This document shows, in pieces, positions 10,005 to 20,359 of a DNA stretch of 42,592 nt. This DNA comes from Opitutales bacterium. Its GTDB lineage: Bacteria > Verrucomicrobiota > Verrucomicrobiia > Opitutales > Coraliomargaritaceae. Within the stretch, counting starts at the first letter, position 1; each line of letters starts with the position of its first letter. The notes beneath the pieces are model-generated. The model saw only the letters and a program-made list of their open reading frames with translations. It searched no databases and was not told where the DNA came from. The stretch covers positions 1-42,592 of the forward strand of contig JBMYNR010000013.1 in NCBI GenBank assembly GCA_049598495.1, in the 5' to 3' direction. Both the position numbers and the translations under genes were made by a program.

Positions 10005-10237
10005 GAGCCGATTGCATTGAGTTGGAATTCTGGTGAGAGCCGTTTTGAGAGCCGCGCAAGGCGTCCAACCAAGCGTGCACCGAGGTGCCTAACGGCCTGG
10101 AGAACGCCGCAACCTCTCGAAAAGGCCTCATCCCTGCCCGTTCGGCGAGCTCAGGGCCTTGAATCGATTGAATCGACCGATAGGCGGGACTGGGGAGATT
10201 TTTGCTTCCAGTTATGCTACCTAAATGCAATCGGCTC
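10005..10237. mobile_element. MITE-like element with 14-bp perfect terminal inverted repeats
   Basis: GAGCCGATTGCATT (10005-10018) and AATGCAATCGGCTC (10224-10237); non-coding with internal hairpins. Confidence 0.7.
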
Positions 10238-10266
10238 TTAATATGGGGCCAAAACACTCCCGGATG

Positions 10267-10728
10267 TTAACGGGCGATGTCGTCCTGACCGATTACCCTG
10301 AGTTGATGGCGACTCAGGGTATCCGCAGCCAACTCATTATCCTCAAGGCTGATCGCCAGTGCGTAGCGTCCGTTTGGGCGAATCAAAAAGGGGTAGATGT
10401 AGTGGATATTTATTTCTGCCTGAACGAGCGCACGGGTCACTGTCTTTATCTCGGATTCGCTGACCAGTTCAACGGCCACAAGCTCACTATGGACGAAGGA
10501 GAACTGATGCTCGATTAGCAACTTATGTGCTTCTTCGGGGTAATCGACGATAATACGGACAATGGAGCTGTCAGTCGTATCGAGTATAGAGAGTGCAACC
10601 ACATGCACCTCGTGAACGGAAAGGAGACCTATGATCTCGTTGAGACGCCCCACCTTATTATCCGCGTGAATTGAAAACTGAATGACTGGCTCAAAAGCGC
10701 CCGGATTACGCATCACTTCTGCTGGCAT
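10267..10728 (-). CDS. Tandem ACT-domain protein
   Basis: [13 protein letters not shown] and [11 protein letters not shown] motifs. Start trimmed to 10728. Confidence 0.85.
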   Translation of the reverse strand: MPAEVMRNPGAFEPVIQFSIHADNKVGRLNEIIGLLSVHEVHVVALSILDTTDSSIVRIIVDYPEEAHKLLIEHQFSFVHSELVAVELVSESEIKTVTRALVQAEINIHYIYPFLIRPNGRYALAISLEDNELAADTLSRHQLRVIGQDDIAR

Positions 10729-10860
10729 GTCGAAGAGGATAGGAGCGACGTGCTTGATTGCACGAATTATTTTGCTGCTCCCCAGGCAGAGAACTCGTCG
10801 ATTTATGCTTTCAAAATCATTGGGGAAACTGTTCATTAAAGCCTTTGGCGATGGCCCCCA

Positions 10861-11787
10861 ATGCAAATGATCGAGACTTTTGAATTTATAAACGAAGATT
10901 TACCTTGGTTTTACGCGTCGATCGCCGCGATATTTGGAGCCATTACGGGCAGTTTTCTAAATGTTTGCATCTACCGGATACCCGTAGGGCGTTCCGTCAT
11001 TTTACCCGGATCCACCTGTCGCTGTGGAAAACCGATACCATTGCACCATAATATCCCGATCCTCTCCTGGGTGATCCTTCGTGGTCGCGCCGCGTGTTGT
11101 GGCGCATCTTTCAGTGTCCGCTACCCGGTTATCGAGCTTCTCACCGCGCTACTCTTTCTTTGGAGCTGGCTGATTTATCCGCCCGTGGTGGCAATGATCG
11201 GCATGCTTTTTATCGCTTTCCTGATTTGTGCCACCTTCATAGATGTCGATCACATGATCATTCCTGATCGCTTTTCAATAGGCGGGATGGTCTTCGGTGT
11301 CGTCCTGTCAGGCGCTTTTCCTGCCCTACACGGGGTTGAGGGCTTGCCAATAATTTCCAACATTCAGTCGGCCGTGATTTCGATCATTGGCACCTTGGTC
11401 GGCGCAGGTCTCGTTTATTGGATTGCGGTCCTCGGGGAGATCGTCTTTCGGAAGCCGGCCATGGGGGAGGGCGATGTTAAGTTCGTTGGGTTTATTGGGG
11501 CCTTTTGTGGCTGGCAGGGTGCTGTATTCGCAATGTTCGGCGGGGCTCTGATCGGGTCTGCTCTGCTCTTGCCCTGTCTTTTGATTGGACGTCTATTTCG
11601 TGCATCTAAAGAGGATGCGGAATCGGATGCGAGAGAGGAGAATGATGAAGAAGATAACCTTCAATTTGGAGCACATGTTCCATTTGGACCCATGCTCGCG
11701 GTGGCGGGGCTTATCTACTTCCTGGGCTTTGGCGGTCACGTAGATGCCTATTTCGCAGAGTTTGCAGAGCAGTTTTTCAATCCCTAA
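10861..11787 (+). CDS. pilD: Prepilin peptidase / N-methyltransferase
   Basis: [12 protein letters not shown], Cys cluster, ID.DHMIIPD, MGEGDVK and VPFGPML motifs. Confidence 0.93.
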   Translation: MQMIETFEFINEDLPWFYASIAAIFGAITGSFLNVCIYRIPVGRSVILPGSTCRCGKPIPLHHNIPILSWVILRGRAACCGASFSVRYPVIELLTALLFLWSWLIYPPVVAMIGMLFIAFLICATFIDVDHMIIPDRFSIGGMVFGVVLSGAFPALHGVEGLPIISNIQSAVISIIGTLVGAGLVYWIAVLGEIVFRKPAMGEGDVKFVGFIGAFCGWQGAVFAMFGGALIGSALLLPCLLIGRLFRASKEDAESDAREENDEEDNLQFGAHVPFGPMLAVAGLIYFLGFGGHVDAYFAEFAEQFFNP

Positions 11788-11830
11788 GCGAAGGATTACT
11801 AGATTGTGGGCTGCGCTGTAGCCACTGGAA

Positions 11831-13612
11831 TCACTCCAGCGAATCCTCGATCGCGTTCTGTTGACGCGCGATGTCGTGCAGGGTTACAATGCCAAGTAAC
11901 TTTCGATGGTCTTTTCTGCTAACGATTGGCGCCTGAAGGACATCTTTAACAACGAGGATGTTAGCGGCGTCGCGAATTGAATCATCCGGATAGATGCCGA
12001 TGATCTCACGCCCTAGCAGCCAAGCTTCGATTGGTTCCTTATTCATAGCAGCTTCCAATTCCTCAAGCTCGTGATGGGTTATAATCCCGATAAGTTTCTG
12101 TCTATTGTCGGACACGACGACAGGGTAACCATGGTGGGGGTGTCCCGATTCGGCGATACGATTCAAGTTTTCCCTTGCATTCAGGTGGCCGAGTAAGCTG
12201 TGACAGTCATGGGTCATGATCGTGCTAACGGGCAGATTTCTCCAGTCCCGGTCTCCGCGGTAGGCTGGTAGCTTTTTTAGACTGATCCCATCCTGTAGTA
12301 GAAGAGCATCGTAGATCGGTATGCTCCGAAGTTTGGTCGAGATCCAATAGGCAAGAAAATTGCCAACCATGAGCGGCAGGATCAATGAGTAGTTCTGTGT
12401 CATCTCGAAGATGATAAGCACCGAAGTGAGTGGACAGCGAATTACAGCAGCAAAAAAAGCGCCTGCTCCGAGGAGTGCTACCGCAGCAGCGATGGATCCG
12501 TCCAACTGTAAAAACTGCACCATCAGGACGCCCAAGAGACCGCCGAGCATGCTTCCTATGAAAAGTACGGGCGCAAAGATGCCACCACTGGCTCCCGATG
12601 CGTAACAAACTGCAGTTGCCAGTATTTTTCCGCTTAGCAGTAGGAGTAGAGCTGGCCAAATGAGCTGTCCGTTGAGGGCACTATTTAGATCTTTGTAGCC
12701 AATACTAAATACCCCGTGATGTCCCCCACTGAATTGCCATACAATGACACCGATGAGGCCGACGCTTAATCCGCCAAGGGCAGGGCGAGCCCAACTCGGA
12801 AAACAATGCCACTGTTTGAAGTGGCTGCGCAGGATGAGCAGTAGTGACGTAAATATATGACCCATTAGACCTGCCACAGGACCAAGAAATAGGCAAACGA
12901 ACATCCAAGAGGAGGTTTTGAATACCTCGTGGGTTGCATGCAGTGCACACTGTTCACCGAGTAAGCTCCTCTCGACTACGGCCGCCACCACCACTGCAAT
13001 GAGGATACCGCCGAGTGCCTTACTGCTGAAATTATTATCGAATAGCTCCTCAAAAACGAAGGTAATTGCGGAGATCGGTGCGTTGAATGCGGCAGAAATG
13101 CCGGCGCCCATGCCTACAGGTATCATCGCTTGAACCCTCAATTTACTTAGGCCGAAAATTCGACCTAATTTTGAGGAGACGGCGCTACAGATGTGCACGG
13201 TTGGTCCCTCTCGGCCCAGGCTGTTACCAAAACCGACGGATATTGTTCCAATGATAAAACGCCAAATTGCCTCAGATGTCTTAATCAGCCCAAATTTCTG
13301 GTGATAAGCTGCCTTCGTCTGCGGAATTCCCGAACCGCTGGCAGAGGGGGAAGCATGATGGATCAACAGTCCGACGATTAGCCCTGCGATTGCCGGAGAG
13401 AGAATCATTGCGGGAATGGCCCATGCGCCCCAATCGCCGTATAGCCCAAACAAGCCGTTAAAGAGAAGGGTGATCGCGAGGTGAAAACTCACCCCGACCA
13501 AGCCGCAGACCACTCCTGCACAGATGCAGAGTAAGAGAAAGCGCTGGCCGTCATCAAAGCGGCCCCGCATCCAATCCGGTAGATTTTTTAGACTAAAGGA
13601 CTCTCGAGTCAT
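11831..13612 (-). CDS. CLC chloride channel/antiporter with C-terminal CBS pair
   Basis: GSGIP, GREGP, GGIFAP and IY motifs plus CBS domains. Confidence 0.95.
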   Translation of the reverse strand: MTRESFSLKNLPDWMRGRFDDGQRFLLLCICAGVVCGLVGVSFHLAITLLFNGLFGLYGDWGAWAIPAMILSPAIAGLIVGLLIHHASPSASGSGIPQTKAAYHQKFGLIKTSEAIWRFIIGTISVGFGNSLGREGPTVHICSAVSSKLGRIFGLSKLRVQAMIPVGMGAGISAAFNAPISAITFVFEELFDNNFSSKALGGILIAVVVAAVVERSLLGEQCALHATHEVFKTSSWMFVCLFLGPVAGLMGHIFTSLLLILRSHFKQWHCFPSWARPALGGLSVGLIGVIVWQFSGGHHGVFSIGYKDLNSALNGQLIWPALLLLLSGKILATAVCYASGASGGIFAPVLFIGSMLGGLLGVLMVQFLQLDGSIAAAVALLGAGAFFAAVIRCPLTSVLIIFEMTQNYSLILPLMVGNFLAYWISTKLRSIPIYDALLLQDGISLKKLPAYRGDRDWRNLPVSTIMTHDCHSLLGHLNARENLNRIAESGHPHHGYPVVVSDNRQKLIGIITHHELEELEAAMNKEPIEAWLLGREIIGIYPDDSIRDAANILVVKDVLQAPIVSRKDHRKLLGIVTLHDIARQQNAIEDSLE

Positions 13613-13767
13613 ACTTCAATACGCGTAGAAAAGTTAAAGCTGTGTCGTATGTTTCACGCATCTGCTGAACAGCTAGTAGACGCTGAGTCGAATGCACAGA
13701 AGAAATTTCTAAAAAATTCTTGGCATCATGGATCGGAGTCCTACAGTCCACGCCTTCACATCTTTTC

Positions 13768-13852
<85 letters not shown>

Positions 13853-14275
13853 GTTTAGGCCGCCCGCGAGGGTGGCCTAAACTCTTTATAATTGCCGGAT
13901 GAGAACGAAGTGGTCCGGTTCATTGCGTGCCCGGTCTTGTCGGCCTAACCCGAATATTGCACCAGTTTGTTGCTGTCGTTCTTTATCTTGTTACGGGATG
14001 GCTACTTGCGAGTTTTCTTCAAAAACTCGTCGTGTCACAAAAGTGACAGCAACAAACTTTGAGTCCAGAAGCGTCCCTGGCTGTGTTCCGAGCGCGTAAC
14101 CCACTTAGTCACGCACTTCAGTGCGCTCCTGCGTGGAACACGGCTCGCGCCTTGCCAAAGCCAATTCTGGATCTCATGCAATAAGCGGGCTAAAGGCCTC
14201 GGAACGACGTAACGGAGTGGAGATGTCGAAGCGCGCAGCGCGAGTAATCCGGCTCCCACCACCATTTTAGGCCGC
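13853..14275 (+). repeat. tRNA-linked repeat element (Tyr copy) with nested MITE
   Basis: Direct repeat 13834-13863 vs 14246-14275 (29/30). Core motifs at 13914-13921, 13929-13942 and 14198-14205. Terminator hairpin TTTAGGCC...GGCCTAAA at 13854-13881. Confidence 0.88.
13949..14189. mobile_element. 241-bp MITE with imperfect TIRs and CTAA target-site duplication
   Basis: CCCGAATATTGCA / TGCAATAAGCGGG (11/13), CTAA at 13945-13948 and 14190-14193, and an internal 14-bp inverted repeat 13964-13977/14045-14058. Confidence 0.8.
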
Positions 14276-14668
14276 GTCGGACTTAGTCAGTTAAACACGC
14301 AGTTGATTAGTTTTCAGTTGTTGAGTTGTATTGTCTGGCCGTGAAGAGTCCGTAGTAAAGTTGGGGTCTACACCAAAGATTAGAGAAAAGGGTGTATATA
14401 TTAGGGCTATTGCTTGAATCGCCATTGGGAGCACTATCTGAGTGGAATTCGAGGATCTGGTTAGCTGAGAGTTTTCCAGTATAGCTGGGATTGGTAGATA
14501 ATCGCCCATCACACGCTGATCCGGGTTTTCAGCTTACCCCTGATTGGATGAGTGATTAGTAGAAGTTATCCCTACTAAAAATTCGCTCTCTCACTTATGT
14601 TATGTAGTCATAATGTGAGATAAGTCGAATCGACCATCTTCCGTGACTGCCCCTTGTCTGCTGGTTGC

Positions 14669-15271
14669 TTACATCCTTCTTTTGACAAGAGCAATCAGTT
14701 GGCGTGCGAGGGGGATGCGTCGGTAAACGATATCCGTTGGGTCCCAGTAGTCTTGATGGAAAACGATGCGTCCTTCGGAGTTGAAGCGCATATGGGTGAC
14801 CCCAATGGACTCTTCCCAGGTATTTTTCGGCGTTTTCTTGAAATCGAGACGCATCGTCCAGCTCAGATAGAAGTCGTCTCCAGTTCGAGCAACTTCATTG
14901 AAGACGAATTCTGCCTGATATAGTGGCTTGAGGCCTGCGAGCATATATTCTCGGAGCTCTGCGGGCTTCGTGAACTGTTTAAAAGCATCGCGGAAGTAGA
15001 ACTCCTCGGCGTAAACTGCGGTTAGGTTGAGCGCGATATTCTCATAGGTGTAATCCTCGAACAGCTTCTTAACCCGTTCCAGCATGGCTCGCTCCTCGGG
15101 CGTATCGGGTGCGGGTATAGAGTAGGAAGCAGTTCTCGAAGCCTCGAGGCTTTGCTTGTATAAGTTGTCTGGAATGGTTTGCGTATGCATGTTGGGGCTT
15201 AGTTTTGTGCATGAAGACACATGGAGTGCCAAGGATGCAAATAAGATGGGAATGATGGATTGCGAGCGCAT
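14669..15271 (-). CDS. SnoaL-like/NTF2-fold protein, probable lipoprotein
   Basis: VYAEEFYFRDAF, YLSWTM and GRIVFHQDYWD motifs; hydrophobic N-terminus ending VSSC. Confidence 0.85.
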   Translation of the reverse strand: MRSQSIIPILFASLALHVSSCTKLSPNMHTQTIPDNLYKQSLEASRTASYSIPAPDTPEERAMLERVKKLFEDYTYENIALNLTAVYAEEFYFRDAFKQFTKPAELREYMLAGLKPLYQAEFVFNEVARTGDDFYLSWTMRLDFKKTPKNTWEESIGVTHMRFNSEGRIVFHQDYWDPTDIVYRRIPLARQLIALVKRRM

Positions 15272-15354
15272 GGAAATGGAGCGTTTCAAGTCTCAAAAAC
15301 TTACCACGAATGTAAGGTTTTATAGTAGCTGGCGTTGTGTAGATACACATTAGA

Positions 15355-16380
15355 ATGAGTATAGGAATTAAATTAGCAGAACGCAGATTGGTCACAGATT
15401 CCATGATTCGCAGCGGCATTCGCAAGCTCCTCCGCGAGCGGTTGGAATCTATTTCGAACGATTCTCTATCAGCGGAAGAGTGGATTAGAGTCCTCGAGTC
15501 CGCTCCTGTGGCCGTGGAAACGGAGGTCGCCAATGATCAACACTATGAAATTCCCGCTCCCTATTTTCAAAGCGTCCTAGGTGGCCATCTGAAATACAGT
15601 TCTGGTTACTGGCACTCGGGTAACGAGAGCCTTGATCAATCCGAAGCGGCGATGCTTGAGCTTACCTGCGAGCGCGCTGAACTTGCGTCAAATCAACGTA
15701 TCCTCGAACTCGGATGCGGTTGGGGTTCGCTCTCTCTTTGGATGGCCGAGCATTACCGAGAAAGCGAAATTGTAGCGGTTAGTAACTCAAATAGTCAGCG
15801 AGAGTTTATCGAGGCCCAAGCTAAAGAGCGGAGCCTGAGGAATCTAAGTGTCATTACTTGCGACATCAATCGTTTCAAACCTGAAGGGAGTTTCGATCGC
15901 GTGGTATCCGTAGAAATGTTTGAACACATTCGAAATCACCGCCAGCTACTCGGGCGCATAGCGAAGTGGCTGAAACCAGGAGGGAAACTGTTTGTGCATA
16001 TCTTCACTCATAGAGCACATACCTACCTTTTTGAGGAGAAGAGTGAGAAGGATTGGATGTCCAAATATTTCTTTACTGGTGGTATCATGCCTTCGGTTGA
16101 GCTCTTACCAACGGCCGCTTTGGGCATTTTGGAAGAGGAGCAGCGCTGGTCGGTCAATGGACAGCACTACAGTCGGACTCTGGAGGCATGGCTGGCGAAG
16201 CAGGACAGCCATGCAGAACGAGTTCACGAAATATTTCTCAGTTGTTATGGGAAGAAGGATGTCAGGCTTTGGGCACAAAGATGGCGAATTTTTTACATGG
16301 CGTGCTCGGAGTTGTTCGCCTACAACAACGGCGAAGAGTGGCCGGTTACTCACTACCGATTCGCCCAAAATAGTGACTAA
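15355..16380 (+). CDS. SAM-dependent methyltransferase, Cfa/coclaurine-N-methyltransferase-like
   Basis: ANDQHYE, LKYSSGYW, ILELGCGWGS, VSVEMFEH and FFTGGIMPS motifs. Confidence 0.92.
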   Translation: MSIGIKLAERRLVTDSMIRSGIRKLLRERLESISNDSLSAEEWIRVLESAPVAVETEVANDQHYEIPAPYFQSVLGGHLKYSSGYWHSGNESLDQSEAAMLELTCERAELASNQRILELGCGWGSLSLWMAEHYRESEIVAVSNSNSQREFIEAQAKERSLRNLSVITCDINRFKPEGSFDRVVSVEMFEHIRNHRQLLGRIAKWLKPGGKLFVHIFTHRAHTYLFEEKSEKDWMSKYFFTGGIMPSVELLPTAALGILEEEQRWSVNGQHYSRTLEAWLAKQDSHAERVHEIFLSCYGKKDVRLWAQRWRIFYMACSELFAYNNGEEWPVTHYRFAQNSD

Positions 16381-17657
16381 TGCCAAAAGATGAAAACCCC
16401 CTAAAGATCGCTGTTGTTGGCTGCGGTGTCGCAGGTCTCACTGCTGCATGGTTGTTGGGTCGTCGACACGATGTGCATCTCTTTGAGAAAAACGACTATG
16501 CAGGTGGTCACACGCGGACATTAAAGGTGCCCATCGGGAAGGATGTCGGCATTCCCATCGACACCGGGTTCATCGTTATGAACCATCGAAATTACCCTGT
16601 GTTTACTCAGGTATTAGAACAGCTCGGAGTCGCTCTAGCCGACAGTTCCATGACTTTTAGCTTCTATGACGAAGAGACTGATTATGGTTACGCAGGCAAT
16701 AGTTTTGGCAGTCTCTTCCCGTCGCCAGCCTATTATTTCAAGCCGATGCATTGGAGATTCGTTAAGGATTTATGGAGATTTTCTAGGGTAGGATTTCGTG
16801 ATTTGAACTCGGGCTATCTAGAGGGGAAAACGCTGGGGGAGTATTGCGAAGGCAGGGGATTTAGTGGCTCATTTTTAAATCACTATCTTTATCCGATGGG
16901 TGCGGCTATTTGGTCATCACCCATTGATGAGATGCATAAATTCCCCGCTCAGCCATATCTGCATTTTCTGGAAAATCATGGTCTCCTTCGGCTGACAAAT
17001 CGTCCACAATGGAAATATGTAAAGGGCGGTAGTCGCAGCTACGTAGAAGCGATGCTTAAGCATCTCGAAACCCCTCCGAACCTATCGGCTGCGCCAGTCG
17101 GCATTCATCGTCATGAGAAAGGTGTCACGCTTATTCAGCATAATGGGAAAGCACTTGATTTTGACCACGTTGTGATCGGCACACATGCGGACGAGGCGCT
17201 CAAGCTCCTAGTTGACCCGACGGATACCGAACACAAGCTTCTCAGCCCGTGGAAATACCAGCCGAATGAGGTGGTTCTCCATACCAGCCCGATGCACCTT
17301 CCGCCCAATCGAAAGCTATGGGCTTCGTGGAATTTCATCCGTGCTCGTGGGCACTCCTGCGAGCGCCCCGTTTCAGTGAGTTACTACATGAACCGTCTGC
17401 AGGACTTGCAGACAGTCCACGATTATGTGGTCACGCTAAATCCTGAAAAGGAGATTCCGACGGATTGTGTCATTAACCGGACTATCCTGACACATCCCCT
17501 ATATTCGTTTGATTCGATGGCGACACAGGGCCCCTTGCGCGACAACAACGGTGCAAACAATACCTGGTTTTGTGGAAGCTATTTTGGATATGGATTTCAC
17601 GAGGATGCAGTTCGTTCAGCTGTTGAGGTTGCTGAAAAATTTGGAATTGAGCTATGA
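16380..17657 (+). CDS. FAD-dependent oxidoreductase (amine-oxidase family, cfa-cluster type)
   Basis: GCGVAGL, GGH, DTGFIV.N...YP and GYGFHEDAVRSA motifs. Confidence 0.92.
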   Translation: MPKDENPLKIAVVGCGVAGLTAAWLLGRRHDVHLFEKNDYAGGHTRTLKVPIGKDVGIPIDTGFIVMNHRNYPVFTQVLEQLGVALADSSMTFSFYDEETDYGYAGNSFGSLFPSPAYYFKPMHWRFVKDLWRFSRVGFRDLNSGYLEGKTLGEYCEGRGFSGSFLNHYLYPMGAAIWSSPIDEMHKFPAQPYLHFLENHGLLRLTNRPQWKYVKGGSRSYVEAMLKHLETPPNLSAAPVGIHRHEKGVTLIQHNGKALDFDHVVIGTHADEALKLLVDPTDTEHKLLSPWKYQPNEVVLHTSPMHLPPNRKLWASWNFIRARGHSCERPVSVSYYMNRLQDLQTVHDYVVTLNPEKEIPTDCVINRTILTHPLYSFDSMATQGPLRDNNGANNTWFCGSYFGYGFHEDAVRSAVEVAEKFGIEL

Positions 17658-18451
17658 AACTTAGGTCCAGTATTTTTCGAGGTAAGGTCGTTCATGAAAG
17701 ATTATCGCCGCGTCGCCATCGCTTCAGCTACCCGATGACATTTTTCGGCTTCGATTTGGAGGAACTGTCAACGCTTCGAGAGATGGCATCACTCTTTGGT
17801 TATAATGAGCCGCGTCCCTTGTGCCTCTACGACAAAGATTATTTATACGGCAGCCATGAGGCGATTGAATGCCAACTTGATAAGCTTCTTCCGGAGAAAC
17901 AGGCGGGGGAGCACACGATGCTGATCAGCTCCCCACGATATTTCGGCTACGCTTTTAATCCCGTTAATTTCCATCTTCGTTTACGTGGCGCTTTTTTGCG
18001 ATCGGTGGTGGCCGAAGTAAACAATACATTTGGCGATCGCCATGTATATCCGCTGATAGAATTGACGAAAACGGGTGAATCAAGTTGGAGCGCCCGCTGT
18101 CCTAAGGATTTTCACGTATCTCCATTCAATGACATGCTAGGGGAGTATCGGTTCAGCTTCCGCATCACCGACGAGGAGGTCTTTCTCGGAGTGGACTTGT
18201 ATAAATCAGGCGAGTGTGTGATGAAAACATGGATGTGTGGTGAGGCGCGCCCGATCACAAATGCAGCAATCATACGTTACGCGCTTTTACATCCACTGGA
18301 TACAGCCTTAAACAGTATGCCGCGAATCGTCTGGCAGGCGGCACTGCTCTATTGTAAAAAACGGATGGAGGTCTTCAAACGGCCGTCGCCGGTTTCTGAA
18401 CACACAATCGTGGATCGAGATAAGGCCGATTATCCGGGCTCTGTTGTTTGA
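17654..18451 (+). CDS. DUF1365 family protein
   Basis: H.R..P..H.FSY, PRYFGYAFNPV, AEVNNTFGDRH and K.FHVSPF motifs; ATGA overlap with the upstream gene. Confidence 0.92.
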   Translation: MKLRSSIFRGKVVHERLSPRRHRFSYPMTFFGFDLEELSTLREMASLFGYNEPRPLCLYDKDYLYGSHEAIECQLDKLLPEKQAGEHTMLISSPRYFGYAFNPVNFHLRLRGAFLRSVVAEVNNTFGDRHVYPLIELTKTGESSWSARCPKDFHVSPFNDMLGEYRFSFRITDEEVFLGVDLYKSGECVMKTWMCGEARPITNAAIIRYALLHPLDTALNSMPRIVWQAALLYCKKRMEVFKRPSPVSEHTIVDRDKADYPGSVV

Positions 18452-18486
18452 TCTCTAAATAACTGCCAGAATTTCCCGAAGCGGTA

Positions 18487-20355
18487 TTACTGCCCATGGG
18501 GGGTGTATTCGGGTATGTATCGGCGAATTGTAGCCTTCATCTGATCGGCATCACCCGAGGCGATTGCAGTCTCGATTTCCTCACAAAATGCTTGGATATC
18601 AAAGTTGCCGTATTGCTCAGAGACGAAACGCATGATCCGCTCGTGGCGAGTTGCCAGCAGCGATTCACTAATGTGCTGCACCTCTTCATAGAGCTTTTCC
18701 CCCGGACGTAGCCCGATATATTCAATGTCGATATCGACGCTCTCGCGAAGTCCGCTGAGAGCGATCATCTGTCTAGCGACATCCAGAATTTTTACAGATG
18801 CTCCCATATCGAGGACGAAGATCTCGCCACCATCTCCTAGGGTTGCTGATTGCAGGACGAGACCGACGGCTTCCTCGACGGTCATAAAGAAACGGGTCAC
18901 TTCCGGATCTGTCACAGTGATGGGTCCACCCTTGGCGATTTGTCTCCGGAAGATAGGGATGACGCTGCCTGAAGATCCCAGCACATTGCCAAAACGTACG
19001 GCCATGAACTTGGTTTCGTTGTTTTCTGCGTGCTCTTCAGCGAGGATGGCAAGCTCAGCCAAGCGCTTGCTCGCCCCCATCACGCTCGTTGGGTTGATGG
19101 CCTTATCCGTCGATATGAGTATGAAACGTTCGGCTCCCGCCCGACTGGCAATTCTGGCCAACTCGTGAGTTGCTATGAAATTGTTTCGCAGGGCCTCGTC
19201 GGGCTGACTCTCCATTAAATTTACGTGCTTGTGGGCCGCGGCATGGAAGATGACCTCGGGTCGATAGCATTTGAAGATGCTCTCGATTTGGTCCTTATTA
19301 TTGATGTCCAAGATTTTCGTGGTGATATCAATTTCTTCTGATAGCTCTGATATGACTTCGCGCTGAAGATTAAAAATAGCGATCTCGGCTTGATCGATAC
19401 AAAGTATACCCCGGGGAGTATAGCCAGCAATCTGGGAAATCAATTCGCGGCCGATACTCCCGCCTGCCCCGGTAATAAGCACGCGTTTTCCCGTGAGCAT
19501 GCGTCGGATATCTGCCGAATTCAGGTCCACTGGCTCACGTCCAAGGAGGTCTTCGAGTTGAATAGGGCGTAGCTGTGAGAGCTCGGCTTTGCCACTCACA
19601 AGGTCTGTTAGCGCTGGTACAGTATCAACCCTTAGTTGGGCTTCTCGTGCCATTTCAGCCACTTCCTGCACCCGTTTGATGGAGGCAGACGGAAAGGCAA
19701 CGATCACTTTGGAGACCCCATATCGCTTCGCTACTTCAGGGAGTTCATTGACTTCGTCTGCAACGAGAACTCCGTGTAAATATCGCCCAATTTTTCTAGG
19801 GTCATCGTCAAGAAAGGCGACCGGGCGCATGCCAAGTCGGGTTTTATGGAGCAAGTCTACGCAAAGAGCTGCGCCCACTTCACCCGCTCCAATAATGATA
19901 ACATTCTCAGACGAATCGGCACCAAGCCAGTCTTCAATGCCTCGACTGGATTTCACACGCATGAGAATCCGGAAGCCAGCAATGCCGAGGAAGCTTAGCA
20001 GGAAGAAGGTCAGGATTACCGCACGGGGAGGAACACTGTCGCCATGGTAGACATACCACATTGAAAGAAGGATCAAAGCATTGGCGAACAGTCCGGAGAA
20101 GAGTTTAAGCGCATCCGGAAGACGAAAATAGGAAAGAATCGAATCGATTTGGCCACAGGCGGTGAGCAACATCAGTTGAAGAGTTACAATCCACCAAAGC
20201 GTATTTATCCGGTCCAACTCGTAAGCGGGAGGCACATTGAAATCGAAGCGTAACTCGTATGCGGTCCAGTAGCTGGAGATCGTCACGAAGGCATAAAACA
20301 GAACCAAGGCAAGGGTTCTATAATTAAAGTAACGTATGAATAAATTGGTTTTCAT
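18487..20355 (-). CDS. Membrane-bound nucleoside-diphosphate-sugar 4,6-dehydratase (CapD/PglF/WbpM family)
   Basis: Four N-terminal TMs, TGAGGSIG, HAAAHKHV, STDKA.NP..VMGASK, VRFGNVLGSSGSV and GLRPGEKLYEE. Confidence 0.95.
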   Translation of the reverse strand: MKTNLFIRYFNYRTLALVLFYAFVTISSYWTAYELRFDFNVPPAYELDRINTLWWIVTLQLMLLTACGQIDSILSYFRLPDALKLFSGLFANALILLSMWYVYHGDSVPPRAVILTFFLLSFLGIAGFRILMRVKSSRGIEDWLGADSSENVIIIGAGEVGAALCVDLLHKTRLGMRPVAFLDDDPRKIGRYLHGVLVADEVNELPEVAKRYGVSKVIVAFPSASIKRVQEVAEMAREAQLRVDTVPALTDLVSGKAELSQLRPIQLEDLLGREPVDLNSADIRRMLTGKRVLITGAGGSIGRELISQIAGYTPRGILCIDQAEIAIFNLQREVISELSEEIDITTKILDINNKDQIESIFKCYRPEVIFHAAAHKHVNLMESQPDEALRNNFIATHELARIASRAGAERFILISTDKAINPTSVMGASKRLAELAILAEEHAENNETKFMAVRFGNVLGSSGSVIPIFRRQIAKGGPITVTDPEVTRFFMTVEEAVGLVLQSATLGDGGEIFVLDMGASVKILDVARQMIALSGLRESVDIDIEYIGLRPGEKLYEEVQHISESLLATRHERIMRFVSEQYGNFDIQAFCEEIETAIASGDADQMKATIRRYIPEYTPHGQ

Positions 20356-20359
20356 GCAT

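Noticed and set aside
14061..14175. Possible integron attC site (also 1-59)
   Set aside because: No clean RYYYAAC/GTTRRRY ends flanking a cassette ORF and no integron integrase. The TIR plus target duplication fits a MITE.
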